A stretch of DNA of 64,000 nt, from assembly GCA_951406725.2 (NCBI GenBank), contig OX597814.1, positions 44,640,001 to 44,704,000 of the forward strand. Direction: 5' to 3'. A model generated the notes under the pieces. It made no database searches, was not told where the DNA came from, and worked only from the letters and a program-made list of their open reading frames with translations. Shown one piece after another: positions 44,742-59,710 of the stretch. The position numbers were made by a program, and so were the translations under genes. This stretch comes from Octopus vulgaris. Its lineage: Eukaryota. The first letter of the stretch is position 1; each line of letters begins with the position of its first letter.

Positions 44742-44950
44742 GTGTGTGTATTTCTGTGTCTTTTTGTCCCATAACTATCATTTGACAACCGATGCTGGTG
44801 TGTTTGTGTCTCCGTAACCTAGCGTTTCCTCAAAAGACATGATAAAATAAGTATTAGGCTTACAAAGAATGAGTCCTCAAAAACTAACTCCTTTTAAGGC
44901 AATGCTCAAGTATGATTGCTATCAAATGGCTGGAACAAGTAAAAAGAATA
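44521..44950 (+). mobile_element. SINE family A, full length, diverged
   Basis: Head ggcgcaggcgtggctgtgtg through tail acaagtaaaaagaa. Confidence 0.82.
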
Positions 44951-45713
44951 AAACAAAGAATATAAATATATATACACGCTCACTTATACATATATATATT
45001 TTATATATATATATGCTTATATACATACGTATATTTACGTACTTACACCTATACGTATATATACATGTGTGTGTGTATGTGTGTGCGTGTGTGTACGAAG
45101 TACGATTATATGGAATATGAACTATTTTTTCTGGAACAAGAAACAAGGAAGATGTTTTCTTGTCTGTCTCCTTCCAAGCTTGATTTACGCGTTCGCCACC
45201 ACAACCTCCTTTGAGCTTAGCAGCCCTTCCTGTTTGTTTTCACTATCCTGCTTGTGTTACCAATTTTGACCTTCCGCAAAATCTCAAATTTTATTCAATT
45301 TGCCTTACGGGAGCAACTGTTTTACCGAAAGCGTATATTGTTGTTAAATGCTCGAAATACGAGAGTAGAAATACAGACAACAACTGATGAAGTCTCGTTC
45401 TTTATGTTGTTTGACCTGTTTTCCATTTGTGTCTTTTGTTGTTCGAAAAAATAGTTCATATTCCAAGTACTCGAACTTCACATGTTTTTGTTGTACACGT
45501 TTTATGACGTCCTGTACCCACATATGTGTGTATATATATAAATATATATATATATATTCTCTCGATAAATTTCTGAGCGTTAGACGATATACCACAATCC
45601 CCTATTTTGTCGGGTATGTTCTGAGTCTGCGCAGTGTTTTGAATAGTTTAGAAAGAGCATTTCAATAGACGCACATGAGTCTATTAATATGGTCTTCCCA
45701 TAATTAACAGGAA

Positions 45714-45786
45714 TCTTACTGAGGAGCCAGCCTGAGTAAATACATATTATTTTTATTACTGAATTTGGCGAAACTGCAGTATAAGA
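45714..45786 (+). ncRNA. Type I hammerhead ribozyme, canonical core
   Basis: ucuua-CUGAGGA-gcca[...]uggc-GAAA-CUGCAG-UA-uaaga. Confidence 0.85.
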
Positions 45787-45956
45787 AAAGCTAAGTTTGT
45801 AAAAGTTTTTAATTTTCATCTCACTAAATTTATCCAGCTTTTGTGTATCTAGTGCACACTTCGCCTTGAATATAATTTATATATGAATAATATATGGCGT
45901 GTACTGGTACACCGGCGATTATAATTAATTTGATTGTATCGCATTTAACTTTGTTT

Positions 45957-46020
<64 letters not shown>

Positions 46021-46803
46021 GTATAGATGTATGTACATATACGTCTCTATATACGCATATATATATATATATATAGTTGATGTTTTATTGATTTAAGTAT
46101 GTTTCTCCATAATTTTGTAGTATATATATATATATATATATTGGATACATACTCGTCATATGGCGGGTAACTGTGAAAGTATACTTTTGTTTTGTTAGCA
46201 AGGGAAACATCAGAATATATGTCATGTATACAGTAATTATAATTTATCTTTTATCAAATTTTGCTCATGCAAAATGATGGATTGCATTCTAATTTCCAAA
46301 GGACAAATATACATTAAAAAAAAACTGAAGAACAAAATTCTCATTTATATTACTTTTTCTATGAGTACTCGCTCATTTACTTCCTCTCCTTCTCTTTCAC
46401 TACCACTATGATTCTCTCCACTCATCCTGCCTCTCCTGTGTTAAATTCCTCTTTCAGCAACTCTCCTTTACACTCTACTCTGCGCCCTCACTATATATGT
46501 GATGTAATGTGTGATTAGCGAAAATCAACCGACCAACATTTGTATTGGCCATTATTACACAGAGACATATATTTCTCCATATACAATGAAAGTGACAGCA
46601 CCTTATATAATTTTAAAGGTTACAATTCGCCATCTTCCTATGAAATAAATAATTTGCTTCTGTTTAAAAGAAAGTATAATTAACAAACCACACGGGGAAT
46701 CGAAAAGAAATGTATGCATAAAACTTATTCAGATATTTACCTAATTTACATAATTCTACATTATGCATATAGCATAAGACAAACATTATATGGTGTTTCA
46801 TCA

Positions 46804-46874
<71 letters not shown>

Positions 46875-48323
46875 GTTTGCTAAAGTAGGATGGTCTGTGA
46901 TTTACCATCGATTGAAATTTCAGATTTGCATAAATGTCACGCTACAAAGCACACATAGACACAAACACACGCACACACACACACACATACACTGCACTTA
47001 TCTCAGATCAATCAGAATCCAGTTAGATTGGTGTTGGTCTGCGGCATCAAGATTTGTAGTACTTGTAAAATTGCCAAAAAACATATAGTGAGGTGTAGAG
47101 AACCTAACGTTTCGTACAGAGTTCTTCAAGGTAAAGTCGACAAAGGTGAAATAAAGGCAAAAGAGCAGCGTTTATTTTCTTCTTTATTTTAAGTTAAATG
47201 AATTCTTCCTTTAAAGAAAGACCCGCTTTTTAACTTTGAATCAGAGTTATAATGTATATGTGTCGCTGAAATTTTGTAAAAGCTTTACATGTTTCCATTC
47301 CTGTTTTGATAGGGTGAATTTTGGGAATACGTATTAGGTAGTTTCATTCTTTGCCTGACAACTCCTCAATTTAAATACCTTTTAACATCACAAATGGCTT
47401 CAATGATTATGTGACAAATGTATACCAATGATCCACGTCGAAAATATGTCAATTTTGAGACAGTGTACTATAAATATTTTCTTTTCTACAAATTTTAAAT
47501 GAAGTATTGATATCTACTGACATAATTACCTACAGAGTTTCCTTTCGCCCCAAATAACTATTTTTGCCTTTAATGGATGTTGTTTTAGTTATGGTTGTTG
47601 TTGTTATTGTTGTTGTTGTTTTATGGAGTTGTTCGAATAGTATTTCTTGTACTGGAATATATTAATGCATTCAACTGCTTAAATGTTTTGTTTTGTTTGG
47701 TTTTTGCTTTTGTTTTCTTTTTGTTTTGTTTTGTTTTTTATTTCTTTTTCTTTATACTCATTCGAATGCACCCTTTTGCGTGAGTGGTATTAGTCTATTA
47801 CTTTAGCATCAGCACCATACCGCATAGAAATAAACTTGATATATTTAATGAACAGCAGCTGATAAGTATACTACATTAATATATTCCTGTTACTTGCATG
47901 TTTCTTTTAACAGCATTTTTGTAACTAGCTCTTGTGTGTGAATGCAAGAAAAAAAATCAAGTATAAATAAAGAGATGTGTAGTGACGTTCAGAAGGAATC
48001 CAAGATACGCTACACTTCTTATTGACGCGCATGCACGCCAGTACGTGTACGAATGTTGTTGCTGTTGCTTATACTAAAGAAAGCTCTCATGCAGCACCTT
48101 ATGATCAAAGATGTTTCAGACGTGTCTATATTAAAATACAAAAGTGTATGATTTGATTTCAAAGAAGACTTAGTTTTAGCTGGCTAAACAACCACTCAAT
48201 ATATATATATGAATGGACGTTTGTACGTATGTGAGAACAGTCTGTAAATGCGTCACATAATCAGAGCTAATTTACACTCAGTTTTAATGCATTTCGAAAT
48301 GATCAGAAAAAGAAAGGTGATAT

Positions 48324-48474
48324 ACTCTTTACTCTTTTACTCTTTTACTTGTTTCAGTCATTTGACTGCGGCCATGCTGGAGCACCGCCTTTAGTCGAGC
48401 AAATCGACCCCGGGACTTATTCTTTGTAAGCCCAGTACTTATTCTATCGGTCTCTTTTGCCGAACCGCTAAGTG
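48324..48474 (-). mobile_element. SINE family A 3' part, young copy
   Basis: (tactcttt)3 tail and near-identity to 14445-14584. Confidence 0.88.
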
Positions 48475-48844
48475 ACAATATATTTACATGATGTCTGGAA
48501 TTTAACACTGCAATTAACTCGGTCTCGGAAATTAGACATTACCTTGTTACTTTTAGACTTTACAGATCGTATTTACTCATACTTAGAATGAGACAATTAT
48601 TAATTGCCACTCAGTTATAATATCGTACAGCAATATTGTGAGTCTTTTACCGCCATTGTAGCAAATGAGGATAAGGTTATGCTTTATTTACATTATTTAC
48701 ATTTGACAGATATTTGTCTTCGTTTTGTATGTTGTTAACACAGCGTGTCGGCTGAAAGCCCCTCCAGCATTCATGAGGTGTCTTGGGGAAATTTCGAACC
48801 TGGGTTCTCATTCCTAAGGTATTTTTCTAAGTTGTTGTTCTAAA

Positions 48845-48905
48845 AATCGAACTCGAAATCTTGGGGTTAGTAGCCCGCGCTCTTAACCACTACACCATAT
48901 GCCCG
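48845..48905 (-). mobile_element. tRNA-derived SINE head (third family)
   Basis: Minus strand reads gggcatatggtgtagtggttaagagcgcgggctactaacc...gagttcgat (A and B boxes); no full cloverleaf acceptor stem. Confidence 0.6.
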
Positions 48906-48940
48906 TGGGTTATGCTTTGCTGAAAGAACGGGATAAGACT

Positions 48941-49126
48941 AATCCTTTCTATTATAGGCACAAGGCCTGAACTTTTGGGGGAGAGAACCAATCGATTAGA
49001 TCGACCACAGTACACAACTGGCACTTAATTTATCGACCCTGAAAGGATGAAAGGCAAAGTCGACCTCGGCGGAATTTGAACTTAGAACAAAATACCGTGC
49101 TATCGATTCTGCCAGCTCGGCGCCTT
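48941..49126 (-). mobile_element. SINE family B with imperfect 15-bp TSD
   Basis: gaaaggatgaaaggcaaagtcgacctcggcggaatttgaac; flanks gaacgggataagact and gaacggcacaagact. Confidence 0.82.
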
Positions 49127-50039
49127 AGAACGGCACAAGACTGAAATATGTCTGGAGTGGTCACCACCTCACTAGTCAAGATCACCGAAAATCGATATTA
49201 GTTATTTTTTTCCTTCCCGCATAATAATAATTAATTAGAATTTTCTCTCCCTATATTTTCTACTCACTATATAATAATTTATTATTTACTCATATTCCTT
49301 TTTATTCCAACAATTAACATCATAGTCACAACTTGTCTATGACTTGTAAGGAATATGACAATAACTAATTTTCTTACTATGATCCCTCAATGGACTTGGA
49401 AACGATGCATTGCAATCAGTATGTAGTGTATAACTCTTGTTTCATGACCGAAACCCGATCTGATGAACCAGCTGTGGCTCAGAAATAACGACACACGGGT
49501 ACATGTACACAGTATTCTCTCCTAACATCACATACAAACAAACTGATACCCGCTAACAAATCAACAGATCCATAATGTACCCAAAATACCCAACACACCA
49601 AAAGAAAAATGAATATCCAGGCGCGGATTTTAGACAATGATTAGATCAAGGGCAAATACGACTGAGCAGAATTTTTATAAAAAGCCACTACCACGCCTCT
49701 CCATCTGTGAGCAGTATACCTTTTTGTGGCTCATAGGTCTATATTATATAATGTGATTCTTATTTTAAAAGGTAGTGTGTAATTTGAAGGAAATAGTGAT
49801 ACCATTTCTAAAAGGTGATCAACCATTTAAATGTTCCCTCTTGCCAAGTCCAGGTGCTGCTTCAATCGATTCTATTATCTGGAGGCGAAAGAGCATATAA
49901 AGTATGCATAGATAGACAGATAAAGAAAGGGAAAACGATAAACACAGAGTACGAGAGAGCAAAGGCGAAAAATATATTTCAGTCTATCTTTCATGTTAAT
50001 ACTTAATCACATACTGCACACCTCCCAGAAACACACATT

Positions 50040-50131
<92 letters not shown>

Positions 50132-51385
50132 TGTATGTATGTATGTATATATGTATGTATGTATGTATATATATCGTTATTTCCAGAATATACTTGAAAA
50201 TCCTGCCGCTACATTTCAACGCTGTGAAAAGAGAAACATAATAAATGATGTAAAAAAGTGAAGATAAATTCTGTCTAATTCCCGCGTGGTATTATGTGTC
50301 AAAGTTCCACATTATGTATTAAATATTAATTCCATCCCATTAACCAAATCAAGTTAATTTGTCTGCTTTGTGAGTTTCTTTTTGCACAATTATTCCGCCA
50401 TTACTACGTAAATCCACGTTGCGAGGTTTTACCTATAAGGTAATAGTAATCTATATTTACAATCTTTATATACCCTAGGGCATCGGATTTTAATATTCAC
50501 CTGAAACACTTCCCATCTCAGTGCACTGGTTATAGCGAAATAAATATTTAATTATGTTTTTGGTCAAATCGTTTTTAAAACACTTCTTTATCTTAAACAC
50601 TCAAGTCAAGTCAGGTATTTTAGGATTTAACAACCATTTGCGTTATATAGTGAGATAAGAGCAATAATATACAAACTTAAAGAACTAAAGAGAAAATTCT
50701 AATTTTCAATATAATCGAATCGATAAATCCTCACAAACATGTATCATGTTTCCATTAAAATTAAAATATAAAAAATAAGCGATATTTCGTTAATCGGACA
50801 GAATATTAATAATTTCATAAATATGTTCAAAGACTCTATTTATTTTCTATTTCTTTATCCATCTCCCTATCTACCTATCAACCTCGGTCTATCTTGTATC
50901 TGTCAATGTATCCATGTGTCTATCTATGTATGTAACCATGCTTCCACCTCACCATTTATATATCTACCTATATCTCTAAACTCTTCCCAAATTAGCAATC
51001 TACATTTTTATCTTTCTAACAAACTTTATACCTATCCGTCTATTCAGCTATCTATCGATTTATCTATTTCTATCTTCTCTCTAGCATATTATATATCAAT
51101 ATGTCTGTCTATCTGAATCTATCTATCTCTCTACCGACATATCTATCTAGTTATCTATCTATCATGTGTCTATCAATTCCTCAATCTATCCACTTAGCTA
51201 TCTTCCAATATATATATATATATATATATAAAGCGTATGGCATGTTTGCCCGTCTTTTTTATATTTTTTCAGTTTCTATTTCTATAAGAATTCTTTCGCA
51301 TGATTATAAACCTGGTGTGTGAAATACACGCATACATGCGGATCGTTCAACGTTTTGAATATGCTCCTTTTTCTCCGGTCTCTCA

Positions 51386-51416
<31 letters not shown>

Positions 51417-51586
51417 CCTCTCTCTCTCTATCTATCTATCTATTTATCTATCTATCTCTTATCCCTTTCTCCCTGTCTCTTTCTCCCCCTCTCCCCCTCT
51501 ATCCGCGACTGTTTGTAAACACACACTCACAGGTACATGTACGCACACATCTATATGTATTTCAATAGACAGGCAGGCAGATAGGC

Positions 51587-51734
<148 letters not shown>

Positions 51735-52989
51735 GTAAGGGAGATATGCATATGCAGCATACTGATATATTTTGTTATTTTTTCTTCATGTTTCTTTTAT
51801 CATATACACCAAGGAATTGAAATAGATATTACCTTGTAATTTTCCTTTAACTTGGGATATTAAATTTTTCAGTATTTAAAGGAAAATACAAATAATTAAA
51901 ATAGAAAACTATTTTATTTTAAATTTTATCTTTGTGTTTAAGTTTGATACGAAAGTTGGGCAACAAAAGAAGTAATGTTATGTGTTTCCAACGATAAGAT
52001 GATTACAATATATAATGAAATATTAGGAAATGGAATCAACACAACATGTAGAACAGTGACTAAGTATTTTGCAGCATAATATTTCGCTATCGATATTTTC
52101 CATCTGTCCTTGTCTTTTTTTTTTTTCGTTTTTATCATATCCGTAAACAACATTTTATTATTAAATGTTTTGCCTAATTCACCGGCGTAACAGAAAACAG
52201 TATGATCGCCATATTTACGATGACTTCGGCGTCATTTCAGTCACGAGAGATGAACTGAAGTGCTTCATCTTTTAAACGAACACTTTTCACTTAACATTTG
52301 AACTCACTTCTACTTTACAACCTTCACCTACGTATAACACAAACATATCGATTCCCAACTCTACTTCAAATATTTTCGCTCTCACCTCAAACTCAGTAAA
52401 ACGACTACTTCTTAAAATTCATTCTTCTCTGCCAATTGTGTCAATTTTTATATTTTATCCGAAAGAGGGGTAAAGGCTGCCAGCAAGTGGAGGAGAAATC
52501 TGATCAGAAATCCCATTATGGCTTTCTTATGTATTTATTAACAATACTCGAAGTTCATTTAGCGCTATCACTATTTTAAAGTTTTCTGTTAGGAAGAGCT
52601 GCGGGTTAGAAAAGACGATGATGAAGAATGTCCTTTCTCAATTAATGGCGGAATTGCATTGTCTGTATGTGTATGTGTGTGTAAATATAATCATCATTAT
52701 AAGAAAAGTTTGAGAGTGACTTCGAAGTATCGGCTTCATCGCCTTAGGCGTGCAATTCATTGTTCCCAAATCAATATTAATCGTTTCCAAGCCCCACGTT
52801 GCCTTGCGTCCTTCTGTGGTCGATTAAAATAAGTACCAGTTGAGTACAGAGGTTGATGTCATCGAACTATCCTGTCACCCGAAATTGCTGGCCTTGTGCC
52901 AGAATTGGAAATCAGTATTAACTGTTTCCTTGTAAAAGTTATGTGAAACAAGGTGGAAAAAACAGTACTCGAATACCTGAAGTACAGTA

Positions 52990-53156
52990 ATGTGCTTTAT
53001 TAATAAAGCCGCAAAGCTGATACTCAGAATTATGCGTTCCTGACCGTCGGTCAGTTTTTGTTGAGAATATCAACCAAAACTGTCCGACAAATGGAAACGT
53101 GAAACTTTGAGCAACAGTTTTTGTAATGTCTTTTCAGCTTTATTAATAAAGTGCAT
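52990..53156. repeat. Fold-back with a decayed hammerhead in each arm
   Basis: gctttattaataaag at both ends, centre ~53067. Right arm reads aaacugu-CCGACAA-auggaaacgu-GAAA-cuuugag-CA-acaguuu. Confidence 0.6.
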
Positions 53157-53175
53157 GTGTGTGTGTGCGTGCGTA

Positions 53176-53244
<69 letters not shown>

Positions 53245-53319
53245 ATAATTCAGACGAAAATTCAACAATTCAATAAACTGACGCTGCGTTATCGAGTAGT
53301 CAACTTAAACTCAACATGC

Positions 53320-53830
53320 AAAACGCGTATTTCTCCCAAAATACCCACTCCTCCTCTTACTCGTATCCTCCATTGGTGGCATTGACAAGCTTTGCTTTCC
53401 CTGTAAAGGGTCCTTGTTTTCACATGAGTAAAGGAACTGCATCAGCACATTCGCGCCGTACACAACAACTTCTGTTCTCTTTGGGATGCCATGTTGGGAC
53501 CAGACAGAAGACTCAAGAGTCCTGAAAGAATCAATTGCCTTCTGAAGCCTTAAAGATAGTTTCATTATTCAGCGAGCCATAATGACCGAGTGAGTTGTCT
53601 CGGTAAACAAACTTGTCTATCACTTTCAGTATTTTTTCCTGGCGCAGGGTGGATCATTACAAGTCTTGTGCAGGCTTATACTGATTCCAAATGCCTTGCA
53701 AGATGCAGGGATATGATCCATAATAATTTGGGTATCTTCAGCTGTATGTGCAAATACGTCGCAATCATACGCATTAAGGTCTCGAATAAGAGATTAAAAA
53801 TGTTTCCGATTTAGAAGAAAATCGCCGCAA
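53320..53830 (-). mobile_element. RTE (BovB-like) LINE RT relic
   Basis: RLQKAIDSFRTLESSVWSQHGI..TEVVVY...LYSCE. Confidence 0.75.
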
Positions 53831-53870
53831 CCTGAAGAAACGACCACATATTTCCCAAGAGAGTGTTTAA

Positions 53871-54099
53871 TTCTTTATTGCCCACAAGGGGCTAAGCATA
53901 GAGGGGACAAACAAAGACAGACAAATGGATTAAGTCGATTACATCGACCCCAGTGCGTAACTGGTACTTATTTAATCGACCCCGAAAGGATGAAAAGCAA
54001 AGTCGACCTCGGCGGAATTTGAACTCAGAACGTAGCGGCAGACGAAATACCGCTAAGAATTTCGCCCGGTGTGCTAACGCTTCTGCCAGCTCACCGCCT
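53871..54099 (-). mobile_element. SINE family B, full length
   Basis: Homologous to 12146-12343 and retains the aagtaccagtt core. Confidence 0.88.
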
Positions 54100-54197
54100 T
54101 GCAGAAATTTGTTTTATCGTCGTCCCAAGAGAGTATTACACACCAAAACCAGGAGTGAGAGTAACAGCTAAATACAGGGAAAAGAAAATTGGAAGAA

Positions 54198-55735
54198 GGA
54201 TGGAGGTACCCAAAACAGACCGGAGTTTTCCAATATTATTTTATTCACTTAGTTTCATATGTTTACACTTTTATCGCCTTCAAAGTATTCTCCATTTCAA
54301 GCAATGCATCGATCCAGACGCGTTTTCCACTGTTCGAAGAAATCATAGAACTCTTACGAAATGATGCCTTTTAATGCTTCCATCATTTTATTCTTCACCT
54401 CTTCGACATCTGGAAAACGTTTTCTTTAAGGATACTTTTATTTGGGGGAACAGAAAAAAAGTTGCAGGGAGCAAGATCGGGTGAATGGTTTTCACGCTTT
54501 AAGGAAGGTCACTTGTTGATTGAAGACCAATCTCGTTCAGGGCGACCGTGGACCTCTCGAACGAATGAAAGCACCACAAAAATTCGTGAACTGAGCCCAA
54601 AAGACCGTCGCCAAATAATTTACGAACTTGTTGATATGCTAACAAATTTTGAGCGACAAAATGCGAATAAAAAGAGAGTTGCAGCAAAATTTGAACCTCG
54701 CTTGCTCTCGGTTTTCACATAGGTAATGGTTTTCACATAGGTAAATGTGGTCATACCATTTTTGATCAAAAACTGTCTCATACTCAAGACGATGTGCGAA
54801 GGTACTTTGTCGTGATGAAACCACCACTCCCCACTTTGCCACTGGCCGGAGCGTTTCCGTCTCGCTGCGTCTCGCAAACGCTTAAGAATTACCAACTAAA
54901 ATGTCTAGTTACAGTTAAACCAGGAGAAACAAATTTTGTGTGGACAATTCCTTTCGCATTGATGAAGCAAATCAGTATCGTCTCGATATTGGACTTCACT
55001 TGACGCACTTTTGGGGGTCGTGATGACGTTGAATACTTCCATTGATATGATAAATGCTTTGTTTCAAGATGGTAGCCGTAGCAGCAGTTTTCGATACCAG
55101 TGGTAACCTTCGAAAAAGGTTCGGATCAACTTCCAACTGTTCTTTCAATTCGCAACACGTTTTCCGTCGTGACTGCTTTTGATCTTCCGAGAGCAAGCGA
55201 GGCTCAAATTTTGCTGCAACTCTATTTATTCTAATTTTGTCGCTCAAAATTTGTTAGCATATCAACAAGTTCGTGAATTATTTGGCGACGGTCTTTTGGG
55301 CTCAGTTTACGAATTTTTGTGGTGCTTTCATTCGTTCGAGAGGTCCACGGTCGCCCCGAACGAGATTGGTCTTCAATCAACAAGTGACTTTCCTTAAAGC
55401 GTGAAAACCATTCGCAAATTTGTTTTTTCCTCATCACAGCATCCTTGTAATCTGTGTGAAGCATGACAACTGTTTAGGCCGCCGTTACCCCAGCAGAAAA
55501 TAGAATTTCACGGACACACGCTGTTCCTTCGTTTCAGCCATTGCAAAAATCAACGAACAGGGCAGAAGCACTTCAAAACAAAGGCGCACCATGTGGGAGC
55601 ATGACGGCAGTAGTGGACACCAGTCGGCAGATTGATGCCTGAGGGTTGCATCAAGTGGCTTCTAGCGGTAGAAGCCTGAACTACAACGGGCTTGCCCCAT
55701 AGAGAACATTTCCGTTTATTTTTAGGTACCTCCTT
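54198..55735 (-). mobile_element. DD34D mariner transposon with internal inverted duplication
   Basis: TIRs GGAGGTACC(C/T)AAAA at both ends. Motifs EWFSRFK, AKFEPRLL, WWFHHDK, PDLAPCNFF and GEYFEGD. Confidence 0.88.
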
Positions 55736-57767
55736 GCGTATTGTGGGGGGTAGGTAGGAGCAGATCTATCTAATCACTATCCATTGAAGAACATTAAACT
55801 GGCAACATCGTGACGGTGAGCACCCAACTCAAAGTAGACCAGCAAAAGCACATATGTAATATACAACACGAGACACATGGAAAGGCAGTATAAAGACACC
55901 ACCACATCCTAAGTAGGAGAGGCGGCCCGCATTGTAGGTGAAAGGATTCAAAAACATGGCTGACATTTCAATGTAAATCAGAAATCATCCACGGCAATCA
56001 ACTAGCAGTACAAAACGTAGTGGATAAATTAAGAAAATGCTGAGGTAAAATTATTTCTACTCAGCCCAAAGATTGTAGCCGTTGTTCGAGCACAGGATGC
56101 AGAACTGACTTCACACATATTCCATAGACAGAATGAATGGTTAACATCCCGTAACCAAAACCCACCACCTCAGTAATAAAAGAATAAACGATACAATAAA
56201 ACTAAAATCAATTACACGCACATAAACACGTATACATACACACACTTTCACACACACATACACATACACACACTTTCACACACACATACACATACACAAG
56301 TCTGCTGTCATAAAAAAAATGGCAGCAAAATAAACAGTGAAGGAAATAAAAATCAAAACTATAACACATCTGCAGACATGCGTGCCATAGGAATTTAACA
56401 AACAAGAAAAATCACTTAGAATAACTAAATCTCTTGAAAATCTATACCTATTGAAAAGTTAACAAGAATAGCGTGGTGAAAGATATCTGGGGAAAATATA
56501 ACTTAAAAACAAAAATGTAGGGGCTGCTTAAAAGGCTTTAATAATCTGATTCTCACAAATTATGATAATATATTTATAGCGGTATTTCAAAAGTTTCACT
56601 AACATTACTATAAAGTGTTTAAGAACGAGACCGGTTAACATTATTTGAACTTCTCGGTATATATCTCCGCTTTCCACACTCGCCATCCCGATTAAACCTG
56701 CAATCTGACTGCATAATTAAGCACATCACTCGACACAGTTTACCACAAGAATTTCATTATAGATTATTCACTGCCATCCCCTTTTTTCTCCTAGCAACCA
56801 TGACTACCATGGACAGTTCATGTAAGTTGGTCCATTAAAAAGATTACTGTTATATTATTGTTTGCAACATTTTCTAGAATGTATGAAATAAAATAAATAC
56901 TTACAACAAAATTGCGAGGATACCGTGCAGGCTTTAATATAGGTACATAGACGTACATATTATGCATCACATTTAAGTTAGGTCTTTTTTGGCCTTTTTC
57001 AGTGACGTGTACTCGAAGCTAGTTTCATGTTCCGACGAGGATTCGTCGACTCCACTATAAGAAACTGTATAAAACATTCACTGGCATGAATATGGCTGGC
57101 TACGATGTCACGTCAATCAAAGGCATCTCATGTTTTCCCTAGCCGTTCCCTTATTTATTGCCTTCGATACAACACACCCGTAAGAGATGTTACGTCAGGA
57201 TAATCGCCCAGTCACATCGTATCTATGTGACTGTGTAAAATGCTTGTCCACTAATCAAAGGAATATTCTTTCCACGCAGGCCTTGACGTTGAATGATAAG
57301 GGTGGGGCAAAACAAACGAGTTTACATTGATGCTTCCTTTTGTGGGTTTTTTAACCCGGCATATAGAAGATGCGGACCTTAAGCCCGATAAATACTAAAG
57401 CTTCGATGCAATAGAGTGCTGCGGCATCAAAGACGTCCTTACCGGAGTATAGGTTTTACAGCCTTCATTAGGTTCTTGAACACGAGATTTGGGGGCAGGA
57501 GGCTGTGTTAATGTACAACGGCCTTTCGTTTGGTTTGCAGTAAGCCTGTTGAACTGACAGCAAGGTCCAACACAACGTCTAAGACGTTAACAATGGTAAG
57601 GTTGGTCTCAATTCTAATTATGACGTTTTAGAATATGCCACTTTGCTCCTCTAGACGCAGTTAAAGCGTCATCTCCGTATGAACCAAAAAAGAACTGACG
57701 AGAACTCCTCGTTATGCTAACCAGTATATTCAGCAGCATTTTCCTAGCGTGCACAATTACGTTTATG

Positions 57768-57804
<37 letters not shown>

Positions 57805-58066
57805 CAAATCTTAAAAGGATAAAAGACGAAGACAGGTGTTGGAGCAACAGCCGGTATATTAGGTTAACGCTCAGGAAAAATGAAAAAGTATTTAACGTTT
57901 CGAGGTTACGTTCTTCGACAGAAAAGATTAACAGGAAAAAATTGGAAAAAGAATGAAAAACACAGAGATGGAAAAATTGTGCAGAGTTGAACGGTCCAAC
58001 ATGACAAGATGATTGGAAAAAGACGCTGAATGAAAGGAAATTAATAATAATAATAATAATAATTAT

Positions 58067-58160
<94 letters not shown>

Positions 58161-59710
58161 TAATAATAATAACAGTAACGGTGAAACCAACGAACTAAGG
58201 ACCGTAAGCGTGTGTGTGTATGAGTGTGTGCGTGGTGAATGCGGGAGAATGAGTACGTATGTGTGGGCGAATGTGTGCGTGAGTGCGTATGGACGTGTGT
58301 ATATGAGTGAATATGCGTATTGACGTGTCTATGTGTGTGGTGATAACGTGTGTATGTGCGTGTGTGTGTGTTGTGTGTAGCAGTTGATGCGTGCTTATTC
58401 AGGTGACGTGGGCAAATGTGTATGTGTGTGTCTGTGACCAAATAGTGAGCATGGGTATAGTGTAAGTTTGTGGGCGAATGCTTTCTTAGTCTATGCGTGT
58501 TGCCCTTGTTATGCATGATGCGTGTGTATAAACTGCCTATGTTCAGCTATTATATGCTTGTAGGGCGTGGGAGTGTGCATGATGGTGTGTCGTGTTAAAC
58601 CGTGAGTGTGGCTGCTCGTATAATGGTATGTGTGGTGACGTTATTGAAGATGTGTGTGGGTGTGTGGATAATGGTGTTTGAAGTGAGTAATGAGTTGAAC
58701 AGAGTGTATGGGTGTCTCTATAGTGGTGTGTGTGTGTGTCTGTGTGTGTGTGGTGAGAGTACCGATGTAGGCGGTATGCAGGTGTGTCGTTGGAGCAGGA
58801 AGTTGAATATAGGAGGTGTTTAGGAAACCGTGTGGGGTTGATGTCAGATGAAGAGAGATAATGAGTTGAGCTCATATGGCGCAAAGGAACGAAGAGAGAT
58901 TATTTCTTGTTCACGGCGAAGGAGGGAGATCGGGTGGCCCATGTGCAGAGACAGTCCAAACACAGGCATATTTTGTAGCGAATGACCGGTAGACGAAAAT
59001 GGTGCGAGACCGAGTTGCCATTGCCGTGTCTGATGTCTCGGAAGTGTTCCGAGAACTGGTCAGCCAAGCGGCGTCCTGTTTAACCTATGTACAGAGAATG
59101 GCAGAGAGAAAAGGCGATGCAGTAAATAGCATTATTAGATGTGCAGGTAAATGAGTTGTTGACGTGATAGAGATAGTGCCAGTGAGGATGGTGGTGTTGG
59201 AGAGTTAGGGGCAGATGCGATAGCGTGGGTGAGAGCAGGGGAAGGAGCTAGGCTGGGAAGCAAGGGTTAGGAAGGAACTATACAGCAGGAAATCATGCAG
59301 GTTATGGGTCACGCATGTTATAGGCTCGTTTGAAGGATGGAAGGGAAGATGTGCGAGGTGGAAGTGTCGAACTGGAGTCGCCAGAAGGCTCGTAGAATGG
59401 TGAGTTGGAGAGGTTCCGTGGAAGGGTGGTATGTGAGGGAAAAACGGGAGACTACGAGGATAAAGAGCAGCGGCATGGTCCACAGATTGTGCCCGGACAA
59501 AGGGAAAGTGGATAATAGTGAGAGGATGATCGGTGGCCCAGGTCGGTGAAACTGTCTTCTTCATTAGATGCATGTGGAGTGTTATAAAAGAGTCCATGTA
59601 GCCTGACGTGGCGCACAAAGTGTTGGATATCAGCACGGAGCTGAAACTCGTTACTGGAAGAAATGAGAGGGATGAAGCGCAGACTCTTACTGACAAGCGC
59701 TCCGCTTCAG
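57805..59710 (-). mobile_element. PLE (RT thumb and GIY-YIG) with long CA-rich 3' region and pLTR
   Basis: FTCTSNNAIYCI..LYIG.TGRRLADQFSEHFRDIR..VSHHF. pLTR at 57810-57930 matches 40690-40800. Confidence 0.85.

Noticed and set aside
48845-48905. tRNA gene
   Set aside because: No complete T-arm or acceptor stem; better explained as a SINE head
49455-49500. CTGATGA...GAAA motif; similar ones at 4883, 21311, 33278 and 45384
   Set aside because: Stems I/III or the NUH cleavage site cannot be formed convincingly
57010-57300. Possible Tc1 relic (QDN.P-like motif)
   Set aside because: Too degraded to support a call
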